Assembly: GCF_009914755.1 (NCBI RefSeq)
Contig: NC_060929.1
Reading direction: 5' to 3' (one strand)
DNA: 64,000 nucleotides
From: the human T2T-CHM13v2.0 reference genome, Homo sapiens
Every line of letters starts with the position of its first letter. The stretch's first letter is position 1. Under the pieces are notes generated by a model, which was given only the letters and a program-made list of their open reading frames with translations, did not search any database and was not told where the DNA came from. The position numbers and the translations under genes are program-made. Below, piece by piece: positions 17,883 through 32,444 of the stretch.

Positions 17883-18320
17883 TGTGTGGAGCAGATTGTG
17901 TCCCCCAAAAGACAAGCCTAAGTCCTCACCCCTAGAGCCTGTGAATGTGACCTTCTTTGGAGACAGGATTTTCACAGATACTATCATTAAGTAAAGGATC
18001 TTGAAACGAGGGTGGGCCCCTAGCTCCAGTGACCAGTGTTCTCTGGAGAGAAAGGAGATGCGTGACACAGGCCCTGCCAAGGTGGAGGCAGAGATCCAAG
18101 CGACGCGTCCACTAGCCTGGGAAGCCCAGAATGCCACGCGCCGGACGCTAGGAAGAGGCCGGGATAGGGTTTTCTCCCAGAGCCCGCAGCAGGAAACAAA
18201 CACGCCTTTTCGGGCACTTTGATTTTGTACTGCTAGTCTCGAGGGTTGTGAGAAAATAAAATTTTGTGTTTGACGCCACCCAGCTTGTGGTAACTTGTGC
18301 GGCCCTGGGACACTAATGCA
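17883..18320 (+). mobile_element. MLT1B/C-like LTR
   Basis: TTGTGTCCCCCAAAA..GTGAATGTGACCTT..GAGAAAATAAAATTTTGTGTTT..CTAATGCA. Confidence 0.8.
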
Positions 18321-18387
18321 AGGTGCATGCTGGGACCGAGCTGGTGAATAAACATGGCGGACAGTGAGAGCCAGGTTTCCACTATGG

Positions 18388-18436
18388 AGGAAAGGAGCTG
18401 CGAGTAAGGAAAGGAGCTGCGAGTAAGGAAAGGAGC
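18388..18436 (+). repeat. 19-bp tandem repeat x2.6
   Basis: AGGAAAGGAGCTGCGAGTA twice, then AGGAAAGGAGC. Confidence 0.95.
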
Positions 18437-18854
18437 AAGGTTAAAATGAACCCTGTGGTGTTGAATTGGAATCTCAGGTATCGGTATACATTCATGATGT
18501 TTTCCTCTGACAACTGATCGTAGGGAGAAAAATTCATGGTTTTTATGGTAGATGGAGAGAGGGGGGACATGTAGAAATGGATATAGATGTGCATGTATAT
18601 GTCTGTCTGAACATACACTTCCTAGCTCTGTCCACCGAGAGGGCCTAGGAGCAACGACACTCCCAACAATGAGGACATCTAATGCCCAGATCTCGGTTTC
18701 CAAGCACTGTGCTGCAATAGCAAGGACCAGGCTCTTGGAGAAATGGCTGGTCGCTGGGCTGAGGCAGGAGAAGTACAAGATGAACCTGGCACATCTTGCG
18801 GTCCTGGGAATTAAGGATGTGCTAAACAAAGTAATAAGCCAAATCTGGGACAAT

Positions 18855-19158
<304 letters not shown>

Positions 19159-19337
19159 GAACATTTGAGCAACAAAATAAATAATAAAGGATGATAACCC
19201 ACTGAATAAATGTCCATAAGTCCATACTGATGGAAATAAAAATCAATTAGATAAATGGAGAAGGGACAGCTCTTCCTTTCAAATTCCAACTAATAAATGC
19301 AGAAGGAATAATGCAAATAGAAAATCATCATTTGCCA

Positions 19338-19680
<343 letters not shown>

Positions 19681-20177
19681 TCATCAATGGATGCTGAAAT
19701 TAGTAAGCCAAAATATGACAAGAAATATAATATTTGGATCATCTCCATCTATTTCCTCACAAGATATTTAATTGATTACAAACAGAAAAAATAGTAGCTT
19801 CACAGTGGAGAGACCAGGCAGGTACCACCTTAACCAAGTGATCAAAGTTAATAACACCTGAAAGGAGGCACATAAACATCATGTGCTTCCTGATACCGTC
19901 CTCTGAGAATAGCACGTCACTGCTGTGGTATTTCTGCTAAAATGCATAACTTCAGTCTAATCCTGAAAAAAATCAAACACAAATTGAGGGACATTCAAAA
20001 TATAACTGGCCAACACTCTTCATAAGTGTCAAGGTCATGAAAGACTGGGGAACTGTCCCAGATTGGAAGACACTAAAGAGACATGACAACTAAACATAAT
20101 GTCGGATCCTTGGACTAAAACACCAACCAGAAAAAAGGACATTAGTAGGTCAAGTGCACTTCTAGTAAGATCTGTAG

Positions 20178-20282
20178 GGATCCCTTGAGCCCAGGAGTAT
20201 AAGGTTGCAGTGAGCTATAATCACACCACTGCACTCCAGCCTGGGTGACAGAGCAAGACACTGTCTTTTAAAAAAAAAAAAA
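20178..20282 (+). mobile_element. Alu right-arm fragment (J/FRAM-like)
   Basis: GATCCCTTGAGCCCAGGAG..GCACTCCAGCCTGGGTGACAGAGC, A-tail. Confidence 0.88.
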
Positions 20283-20600
20283 GGCCGGGTGTGGTGGCTC
20301 ACGCCTGTAGTCCCAGCACTTTGGGAGGCTGAGGCAGGCGGATCACGAGGTCAGGAGATCGAGACCATCCTGGCTAACACAGTGAAACCTCATCTCTACT
20401 AAAAATACAAAGAATTAGCCAGGCATGATGGCGAGCACCTGTAGTCCCAGCTACTTGGGAGGCTGAGGCAGGAGAATGGTGTGAACCCAGGAGGTGGAGC
20501 TTGTAATGAGCCTAGATCACGCCACTGCACTCTAGCCTGGGCAACAGAGTGAGACTCCGTCTCAAAAAAAAAAACAAAAAACAACAAACAAACAAAAAAA
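20283..20600 (+). mobile_element. AluY inserted in preceding A-tail
   Basis: Y diagnostics. Confidence 0.95.
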
Positions 20601-20820
20601 CTGAAGCAAATGCACAAACAGTTAATATGACATTATTAGCAGTTCCTCAGGCTGATGAGGATGCAGAAGGTGCCCTTTAACGAGTAACCAAGTGCAGGAG
20701 AACAGAGGAACAACCACAGCACAAACAGGCAACCATCCAGAGACCAGGGTGGACACTGCAGGACAAGAAGTGAAAGTCAGATGGAAGAAACGAGGCCCAA
20801 TAAAGCAACAATCCTAATAG

Positions 20821-21422
20821 ATTTGTTTTTCAGAAACCTGGATGCCCACCAGATGGAAAATGCCCATTGCTGTCATGTGGACCTCAGATAAGAGGGAACT
20901 GAGGACTGAACTCTGATCACTGCCCTGTGTTCTAAATTTCTTCCCGAGGTGCTTGGAGAAAGTGACACCTGCAGGCCATCAATTTGCTAAACTGGTCACT
21001 CTGACCTAGTGCATTAGGGCTTGCTCTGGTGACCTGACTGGCATAGCACCCCTGATGATTAATGGGTTTCCTGATCTTAACTAGCCTATATTAAGGCCAA
21101 ATCTTAACATTCTTTTCTGCTGACCCCAAGTTTTTTAGACAAAGTCTTCCTTCCTCAACCAACTGCAAATCAAAGAATCTCTGAATCTACCTATGACCTG
21201 TAAGCCCCTGCTTCAAGATATCCCACCTTTTTGGGCTAAACCAATGTATAGCTTCCATATGTTTGTTTACACATTGGCCTGTGACTTCTCCTTTCCTGAA
21301 ATGTACCCCTGCCTTTAAAAACCCTTGCTTGTAAGCCATCAGGGAGGTTGGGTCTTAAGCGTGAGCTCCCCATCCTCCTTGCCTGATGATGTCCTGCAAT
21401 AAATGCCTCTTTCTCTCACTGC
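20821..21422 (+). mobile_element. ERV1 MER4-group LTR (U3-R only), ending at polyA site
   Basis: GACCTCAGATAAG.GGGAACTGAGGACTGAACTCTG..CCTTTAAAAACCCTT..AATAAA at ~21398 then CTGC plus A-run. Confidence 0.78.
20994..21006. promoter_or_regulatory. Perfect palindromic estrogen response element motif
   Basis: GGTCA-CTC-TGACC; motif only, function untested. Confidence 0.45.
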
Positions 21423-21689
21423 AAAAAAAGCCCCCAAAAACAACAAAAAACCTGTAGATTAGTGAATCGTATTGTATCAATGTTAACTCCTTTTATAGAT
21501 CATTGTACTACAGTTATATATGATATTGACATTAAGGCAATCAGAGTGAAAATATACCATAACTCTGTAATATCATTGCAACTAAAATTATTCCAAAATA
21601 CAAGAATTTGTAAAAGAATGCTTATTAAATAATGTCAATGTGCCAAAGACTGGGGAAATTATGGTAAATGCTAGATATGGCCTCTACCC

Positions 21690-22110
21690 TCAAGGAGTTA
21701 CAACACATGTGGGTTCCCAAGCAATAAACAAGGAAACAAGCACATAAACAATACAATTCAAGCAGTGAAAAGTACAATGGAGAATACAAAATGGGGAGAA
21801 GAATTAGGCAGGGGTCCTAATTTAATGAGGGTGATTAGGAAAGGCCTCTGACATTACAGCTAAGGCCTGAAAGAACTCAGAAAGCAAACCACATAAATAT
21901 CTGGGGAAAGAGTGCCCCAGGCAAAGCAAACAGCAGGTTCAGAGGCCCCTGGGATGAGAACAAGGTGGCATGTTTGAGAGGCAGCAAAAAGCCCAGTGTG
22001 GCTGGAGGGAAGCCAGTAAGCATGGAGGGTAAGAGCGGGGATTGAAAGGAAGGCAGAGGCAGAGCATACAGGGTTTTGCCGGCTCTGGCCAGGAGTTGGG
22101 ACTTTATTTC
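21690..22110 (-). mobile_element. L2 fragment
   Basis: GGAAAGGCCTCTGA..GGCAAAGCAAACAGCAGG..GGCATGTTTGAG..CCAGTGTGGCTGGAG. Confidence 0.65.
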
Positions 22111-22478
22111 CTATCCACGACCCCCTCCCTCAATCCCACCCCCCACAAATATCATTCAGTGTAATATGTATGGGACAGCATGGGGCAGGTACTTGTGAGT
22201 TCAAAACAGCTACAGCATTGTTTTGTGAACATGAAAATATTTTGAAAAGATAACTCAATTCTGCCAAGTCTTTTGTCTTTGCCTGGCTCAAATACATTCC
22301 TCACCAAGTGAATCCTTTTACCCTTTGCTAATTACCCCGTGACAATTAAAGTAGTTCTGCTTTGCAGCAATAGGATAGTAAATTCCAAAGTTATTTTGGA
22401 CACCAAAACCAGGAGAGAAAGTCAGTTAATAGCCTTCCAGGTAAGCCAAGGTGTGTTTATATGTTGACTTTTAAATGT

Positions 22479-22548
22479 TATCATTGAGATAGACACAAAA
22501 TGAACCCATTTTGTGTCTATCATTGAGATAGACACAAAATGGGCCCAT
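22479..22548. repeat. Direct-inverted-direct micro-triplication / perfect 17-bp hairpin
   Basis: TATCATTGAGATAGACACAAAATG at 22479-22502 and 22518-22541; CCCATTTTGTGTCTATC (22505-22521) is the reverse complement of 22527-22543. Confidence 0.97.
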
Positions 22549-22809
22549 AGAGGGCCCATGGAAATGCCCACAGATGCTAATGTAAAGGCCCAGTAATAGA
22601 CACTTTATTTGCAATAGGCGCCTTATTTACAACATTCTGTATTGTGGCATTCATTACTCGCTGACCTCCATGCTTTCCAGAGCACCAAGTAGGTCCATGC
22701 AAGCAAAGTGAAACCAATTCTCCAGAAAGCCCTTGTAATTTCTCCTCCCCACCTCAATCGTCCTCCCTTGCCTGTGGGCCAAGACCAAGGAACCAACCTA
22801 TTGCTGTTA

Positions 22810-23290
22810 CAGTGATTCGCAACCCTGGCTTCACATTGATGTCATCTGGAGAGCCCTAATAAATACTGATGCTAGGCCCCAACGAAACAGATGATTGTTT
22901 CACTGGTCTGGAATGGCCCCCGACATGCGTGGTTTTTTATTTTTTTTATTTTTTTTGAGACGGAGTCTCCCTCTGTCGCCCAGGCTGGAGTGCAGTGGCG
23001 CAATCTCGGCTCACTGTAAGCTCTGCCTCCTGGGTTCTGGCCATTCTCCCGCCTCAGCCTTCTGAGTAGCTGGGACTACAGGCTCCTGCCACCACGCCCG
23101 GCTAATTTTTTGTATTTTTAGTAGAGACGGGGTTTCACCGTGTTAGCCAGGATGGTCTCGATCTGCTGACCTCGTGATCCGCCCGCCTTGGCCTCCCAAA
23201 GTGCTGGGATTACAGGCGTGAGCCACCGCGCCCGGCAGACGTGCGTAATTTTAAAGCTCCCTCTGGTGGTTCTACTGAGAACCCTCTGTG
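22810..23290. mobile_element. MER5A-like element split by AluY
   Basis: CAGTGATTCGCAACCCTGGCTTCACATT..AAATACTGATGC; resumes TTTTAAAGCTCCC..TGAGAACCCTCTG. Confidence 0.65.
22933..23237 (-). mobile_element. AluY
   Basis: CCGTGTTAGCCAGGATGGTCTCGATC; TSD GAC(A/G)TGCGT. Confidence 0.96.
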
Positions 23291-23307
23291 CCAGAATGAG
23301 ACCTGGC

Positions 23308-23340
23308 TGCTATTAGAGAATTAGCCACGAGGTGGCGCCA
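23308..23340 (+). promoter_or_regulatory. CTCF binding site (core plus upstream module)
   Basis: Core CCACGAGGTGGCGC at 23325-23338; TGCTAT 11 bp upstream fits the ZF9-11 upstream motif spacing; CpGs retained. Confidence 0.7.
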
Positions 23341-23758
23341 GAAGCTGACCAAAGAAGCGAGATGGGCCATCTCCCGGCTCCCAAACCCTGCAGTCTCCAG
23401 GAGGAGGCACAGTTCCCTGTTCTCAAATTAGGGGAGCAAACACTAGGCTCTGGCCACTCAGGTTTCTTTCACCTTAGGAGGGTGGCATGTCTGCCCACAG
23501 CCAAGTTTCCAGACTGCTCCTGCAGTCTGGAACGCAGACACAGCACATTCCCAAGCACCTATGAGCTGTCAACTAAGAAAAACCACAGGGTGACAGCACC
23601 CCCTTAGGCGCAGGAGCTCCTGGAACCCCAAAATTGGGCCCTTCCAGGGACAAGGACGGAGGCTTCAGTTCCATGGGTCCACACAAAAGGCATCTCCTCT
23701 TTTGGCACCCGAGAGAGAGACCCCTGAGGTTAGCACTCCCATTCTAAAAGGAGCAATT

Positions 23759-24355
<597 letters not shown>

Positions 24356-26052
24356 AAAAGAGCAGTTGATTCTGTGTCTCTCCAAAACATCCTTTGAAGA
24401 ACAACCCAGGCTATCCAATAGTGTCTCCTCCCCAGTTGGGAAAGGGGTCACTCTAGGAAGTCAGTTCTCCCTGAATTACTTTAACTTCCCAGGAATTACA
24501 CATGGAGGGCTGCAAACCTTTTTAAATGTGGTTCAAAATTTTGTGTGTGTGTTTTTCCCCCAAGAAGAGAATCTGTAGCTTTCACTAAAAGGATTAATAA
24601 TGCAAAAGATGAAGAACTGTCGGAACAGATGGACTTTAATGAAGAAATTTAAAATATTGTCCTTGGGATCCAGTTCAGTTGTTCTGGAATAAATGCACTC
24701 ACTTTGCTCAAACCCCTGCTACTGATCCTACTCAAGGGAAAACATTACCAGCTCCTTCTCTTGATGCTTCAAAGACTTGGCTGACCCGCAGGCTCCTTCC
24801 GAACATCTTTGGTCACCTGCAGGCTCTGGGAATGACAGAGCTCACCTTGCTCAGGGGACTTCTTTCTTTGGGGGATGTCAGAAAAGAGGTTGCTGCTGAA
24901 AATTCCTTGACCTAATCTTTACTGCTTCAGGTACCTACACCCACTCTGGGAGGGGCCACAGGCCCAGGAGGGGCACATCCATGGATCATGTAAACCAAGC
25001 AGTGTAGGGGCCTCTGCTGACCAGTGGGAAGGCGAAGGAATGGGTCTGGGGCTAGAGAAGGCCAGCCCTGATGGCCAACGTCCTAGCAGAATATAAGGTG
25101 CTTATCCAATGGTCCCAGGACCAGCTGCTCAGGGAGCCCTGGACATCAGCGCTGTGAGTGGCATGGGACTCTGTAATGCCCCCTCCCCACTCCAGTGGGG
25201 ATGGGAAAGATGGTGGGACCGAGCTGGTGGGCCTCATTTCACCAGACTCAAACTCAGAGAAACGCAGGCCTTGCCTAACATCACACAGCAAGGGGCCTTG
25301 GAGCCATGCCTGGGACTTGGGCCTCCTGCCTTCCACACAGGGCGCTTTGCATGGCCCCATGAGGAGCCCCCAGCTCCAAGCATCCCTGTTGGTGAGTGGC
25401 TCCCTGGGAGCAGGGCCCACCCAGGGTGGGCTGGCCAGTCAGTCCTCCAGAGTAAGGCGCCATCCTGGCCACCACCCCACACTCCCTGGCTGGCCTGGCC
25501 ACCCTCGAAGCTCCTGAGGTGACCCATTTCCCTCACTCTCCTCTGCAGCTTCAAAACAAATCAAAATGCAGACCAACATCCTTTGTTTGTTTTGGGGGAT
25601 CAGAGAAAGGGGAAAGCAGCTCTGTGGGTTTGCACTTGAAAACAAAACTGCTCTGAGCTGCCCGAGCAGAAACCAAACCAAAGGTGAACTTGGAGGCCAG
25701 AACCCCTTGTGGCAATGCTCTCAGAATGAGTCAAGGGGCAGCGTGGGAAGGTCGGAAGCAGGGCTGTCTACTGACCAGGCACTGATGGCCTGGGGTCAAC
25801 AGCTGCCATGGTGGGCTCAGGGTCATGGCCACGCTCACTCATCCTGGGCACTGTGGGCTTGGGGGGGACCAGGCCCTGATAGCGACAAGCTTTCCAGTCA
25901 CTGGTCTGGACCTCCTTCCTCACCATGGAGGAGTGTGGGGACACCCTGGACCTCACGGCCCCCACCCATCCTGTCTTGCCATCCCTTGCCCACAGGCCCA
26001 TGCTGGGTGCCCAGGCTAGGTGACCTGCCCCGTGGTAACTTCTAGCCAGTAG

Positions 26053-26396
<344 letters not shown>

Positions 26397-27129
26397 TTGG
26401 GTCTTTTAATGGGAGTTCGGCCAGGCACCATCTTACCTGCCTGTTGAACTTCTGCTTCTTAATGAAACTGGGCTCCCCCAGGTCCCCCACCTCCAGAGGA
26501 AAGCACATAGTGGGACAGAAACCAGAGTGCTCTAGACTTCTGGGGTTCCCCATTGGCACTGAGTATGTGGGTCGTGGGAGACAGGCTGGTGGAAACCCTG
26601 CCTGGGCCTTTCTTTTCCTGAGCTTGGATGAAAGAATGGGAGCAGCAGGGGCAGATCCAGGGAGGTCCAACTGATGTCACTGGATCCTGCCAAGAGCCTC
26701 AGTGAACACTATGATCCTGGGGCAGGGGTGGCAGGAGAAGAGTGATCAAGGCTTCAGGGTGAATGGTGGGCCTGTCGGCCTGGCAAAGTGATATAATCAA
26801 TTTTGACTGTCCAAGGGTGACCAGAGATGCTCTCCTCTGAGTGAGGATTTCTCACCTCTCCGAATAGTTTCAAATGCCCAGTCTCATGTGAGCTTCACAA
26901 CTATCCAGGATATATAGAAAAGGAGCTGCTGAGGTTCAGAGAAGCAAAGCAACGTACTCCAGGTCACACAGAGGCAGGGCTAGGACAAGGGCAGCGCTGG
27001 GCCACACCCCTCCCAGGAATTAGCCCAACCAGAGCGAAATTCTAGACTGCGGGACTACCTAAGAGGTGGCTGGAAAGGACTCTCACCTCCTCCTCTCTGG
27101 TTATTCTGCCCTAGGATGGGCTGGGTAGA

Positions 27130-27445
<316 letters not shown>

Positions 27446-27529
27446 TAGACTTTTATCCAGTGCCTGCATTTTTCTTAAGCTCCCATTTTTTTAGTTCTTT
27501 GGTGATAAATGGAGCACTTGACTTCCATT

Positions 27530-27710
27530 CTCTCACCTAATCCTCACTCCAGCCCTGACAGGTAGGTGCCCTCAGTCGCCCATTTCAGAGATGCTGAAGC
27601 TGACGCAAAGAGACGTTGATCAACCAGCCCAAGGTAACCCAGCTGATGAGCACAGACTGCGACTCAAACCAAGCCTTTCCAACTCCAGAGCAGGCGATGT
27701 TTTTGCTCAG
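27530..27710 (-). mobile_element. MIR
   Basis: TAATCCTCAC..AGCCCTG..AGGTAGGT..CCCATTTCAGAGATG..CCCAAGGT. Confidence 0.6.
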
Positions 27711-28179
27711 TACCCTGCCTCCCATCCCCATCCCTTCACCAATGGAATGTTGAGTTTACACCCCCTCATTTCCGTATAGCTGTCCAAAAGCTGGGCCTCC
27801 TCCAAGATCCAAGGTAGGTTATGATTGGCAGCCTGAACTTCAGAGGCCCATCTTCCCTTGCTGGGGGCCAACTCAGACATCTGTGCTCCCAGCTCTTTCC
27901 GCCCTAGCTCCAGCTCCCATCATATGCAGGTGTCTGCACAACGGCCCCTCCAACAGCAGCCAACACCTGGGTCCCCTCCCCATCAATGGGAGATCCGCCC
28001 CATCCTTCCTGTCGGGGAACCTCCTCAGCTGCTGGGAGGCTCCCCAGACAGCTAAGGGATTTTTATGGATTAATAAAAACTTCCAAGGCCCTGCTAAGCT
28101 AGCTGGCATTTCAGTTCCCTCAGTGGACAGAAGTGTCCTCTCTTCCTTCAGAATAGGGCTCCATGGCACATTTGCATAT

Positions 28180-28375
28180 CTGTATGTGTCTGTGTGCACA
28201 TACCCATTGGTGCACGTGTGTGTGCACATAACTATCTGTGTGTGTGTGTGCATATTGCTATCTGTGTGTGTGTGTGTGCGCGCGCACAGGTATGTAAGTG
28301 CTTATCTGGGTATGCATCTAGGTATAGAAAAGACCGTGTGATGTCCCAAGCTGTGTGTTGTCTGTGTATGTGTGC
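28180..28375. repeat. Degenerate (TG)n / alternating purine-pyrimidine tract
   Basis: Several TG runs, including TGTGTGTGTGTGTGTGCGCGCGCACA. Confidence 0.85.
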
Positions 28376-29287
28376 TACTGAATTATTTATTCATTCAGCA
28401 AATATTTCTTGAGCTCCTACCCCATGTGAGGTACTGCGCCAGAGCTAGGGGCACAGAAGAGACTGGCTGCCTAGAGCTCAGAGTCTTCAAGGAGCTCATC
28501 ACCATGTGAAACCCCCTCAACTCTGGCCATCCTGGGGAAGGGAGGCCTAGGCAGGGGCTGTAATTAGGCCCGGGAGCCAGAGGGCAGTTTTGGCCTTTTG
28601 GGTAGCTGGTTCCAAGACAATGCCCAGAGCAGGGGCCCAGAAACTCCCAACAAGGTCGGCCCTGTGAAGTTCCATTCCTTGTGCTTCCCAATCACATCAC
28701 GGGTCAAAACCCTCCAAAGCCACAGTGGACAAAGCTCCTTCCATGGGGGAGGAAGAACAGCCAGAGAACTAGATTCCCAAAGAAAGTCCACAAAATCAGA
28801 AAAATTTTAGGCCCTGCTGGCCTGGACTCATCAGCTTCAGTCAAGAAAGCATAGTGTGTGTGGCCCATCTGGCCAGCCACGCCAGTTATCTACAGAGAGG
28901 ACAGCTGAAGTCCAGTGTATCAGCTTCCTACTGCTGCTGGAAAAAGTGCCACAAACTTAGTGGCTTAAAACAGCAAAATGTCTTCTATTACAGTTCAGGA
29001 GGTCAGAAGTCCTAAAACCAAGGTGCCTGCAGAGCTGCCTTCATTCTGGAGGCTTTAGGGAAGAATCATTTCCTTGCCTTTTCTAGCTTCCAGGAGCTAC
29101 CTACGTTCCTTGGCTTAGGACATCATCCTCATCTTCAAAGCCAGCAGCATCTCCAAATCTGTCTCTGGCCTCTGTTTCCATTGTCTCATCTCTTCTAATA
29201 TGGACTCTTCTGCCTCCCTCTTTGAAGGGCCCTTGGGGTGACATTGGGTCTGCCTGAATAATCCAGGATGGTATCCCCATCCCAAGA

Positions 29288-30082
<795 letters not shown>

Positions 30083-30399
30083 TAAGATTCTTAATGTATT
30101 CACATCTGCAAACATCTGCAAAGTCCGTTTTGCCATATAAGGTAACAACATATTCACAGGTCTAGGCATTAGGATGTGGACATCTTGGGGCAGGTGGACA
30201 GTGTTCTGCCTACCACACCAGAAATGGAGGAAAATGCCCAAGGTTTAATGGGCTTGACCAAGGGCCAGAACTCAGGCGGTGGGTCCCCCAGTTCTGGGTT
30301 GTTTTGGGCAGCACCTCAGGGGAAAGGAAAAGGACTACCCCACAACACACATTTAAGCTTGTCTCCTAAAAAATGCTGTACACAGAGTGGTCAATAGCA

Positions 30400-30545
30400 C
30401 CTGGTTTGAGCTTCATCTCCACTCTACACCTACCAGTGGGGTGACCTTGGCCATGTGGCTTAGTGCCTCCAGGCCTCGATCTTCTCATCTGTAAAGTGGA
30501 GACAATGATAAGGAGCCATTATGTGGCCTGTTTTGAGGATACAAG
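30400..30545 (+). mobile_element. MIR
   Basis: GTGACCTTGG..CCTCGATCTTCTCATCTGTAAAGTGGAGACAATGATA. Confidence 0.7.
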
Positions 30546-31401
30546 GAGCCTGTTTTGTGGCTGCACTGTTAGAGCTTTGGCAATGTTTTTGCCACCCTGC
30601 CCAGAGACACACCCTAATTCAGGTAGAAGTGGGAGAAGTGAGGGCAGGGAGAGGGAAGGAACTATACTCGGACTATCAGGGCTGGTAACTGAGATAATGC
30701 CCTTGACCTTTCTCCTGCCCCTCCCAAAGCAGTAGACCAGAGCCAGGGGGGTCACTTTCCTGGAAACTCCCCAGTGAATGAAGCCTTTGATACCTAAGTG
30801 GGTCATAGAAAGGGAACAAAGGGATGCTTTTTGCATGAAAAGCCGCCTGCTGGGGGAGGGCAGGAACCCTGGTTAATAAAAGGTTGGGTGTCAAGTGATT
30901 GCAGAGACTCAGGTAGGTGGTACATTGAGGGAAGGGGCACCCACAGAGAGGCCACAGAGAGGGGGCCACTTCAGAGGTGCTGCCCAGGCATCTCCACACA
31001 GGAGGTGGGGATGGTTCCCGAAGGACTGGAAAGGCTTCCAGAGCCCAAGCCGTGAGTGGGGCCTCAGAAAAGGACCATTCCTATGGGAGAGAGGACAAAT
31101 GCTCTTGTGTCCAACTCCAGACCCCAGGGACTCCATTCATCCCGCACAGAAGGAAACTGGCAGCAGAGGCTGCAGGGCCTCCTGGGCCCCTCTTGGTGCT
31201 GCCTCCCCACTGCCATATGCTAAGCAGTATTTTATCAGCTCACAATGCTGCAGGCACCATCCATAAGCTGCAACCCATTGGGGTGTTTCTTGTTCTGTTT
31301 TTTCTGTTTTCCTTTTTGATTCAGTGTACCTGTTTGTGCAATGTAGAGATGGGCAAAACAAACCTGCACATGGCCCAGTGCTGTCACCACAGGGCAAGTG
31401 A

Positions 31402-32184
<783 letters not shown>

Positions 32185-32321
32185 GACTTTTTAAATGTAT
32201 AGAAACTTCATTACTACTCATAAGAGAAATACTTATTAAAGAAAACTGGGCCATAAGGAAACACCACCCAATGCCCTCATTATTCAAAGACAATCCAGAT
32301 CATATAGTATCTTGATCTATG

Positions 32322-32386
32322 TCCTCCTAGCTCTTATCCCCCGCTGGACATCTTTCCTCTAGTCCTTATCCCCCGCCGGGCATTTT
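32322..32386 (+). repeat. Diverged ~32-bp tandem duplication
   Basis: TCCTCCTAGCTCTTATCCCCCGCTGGACATCTT / TCCTCTAGTCCTTATCCCCCGCCGGGCATTTT. Confidence 0.8.
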
Positions 32387-32444
32387 TTTTTTAAACATAT
32401 CTGTGCTCACACTGCATGCATACCTTCTGTGTTTTCATTTGGCA

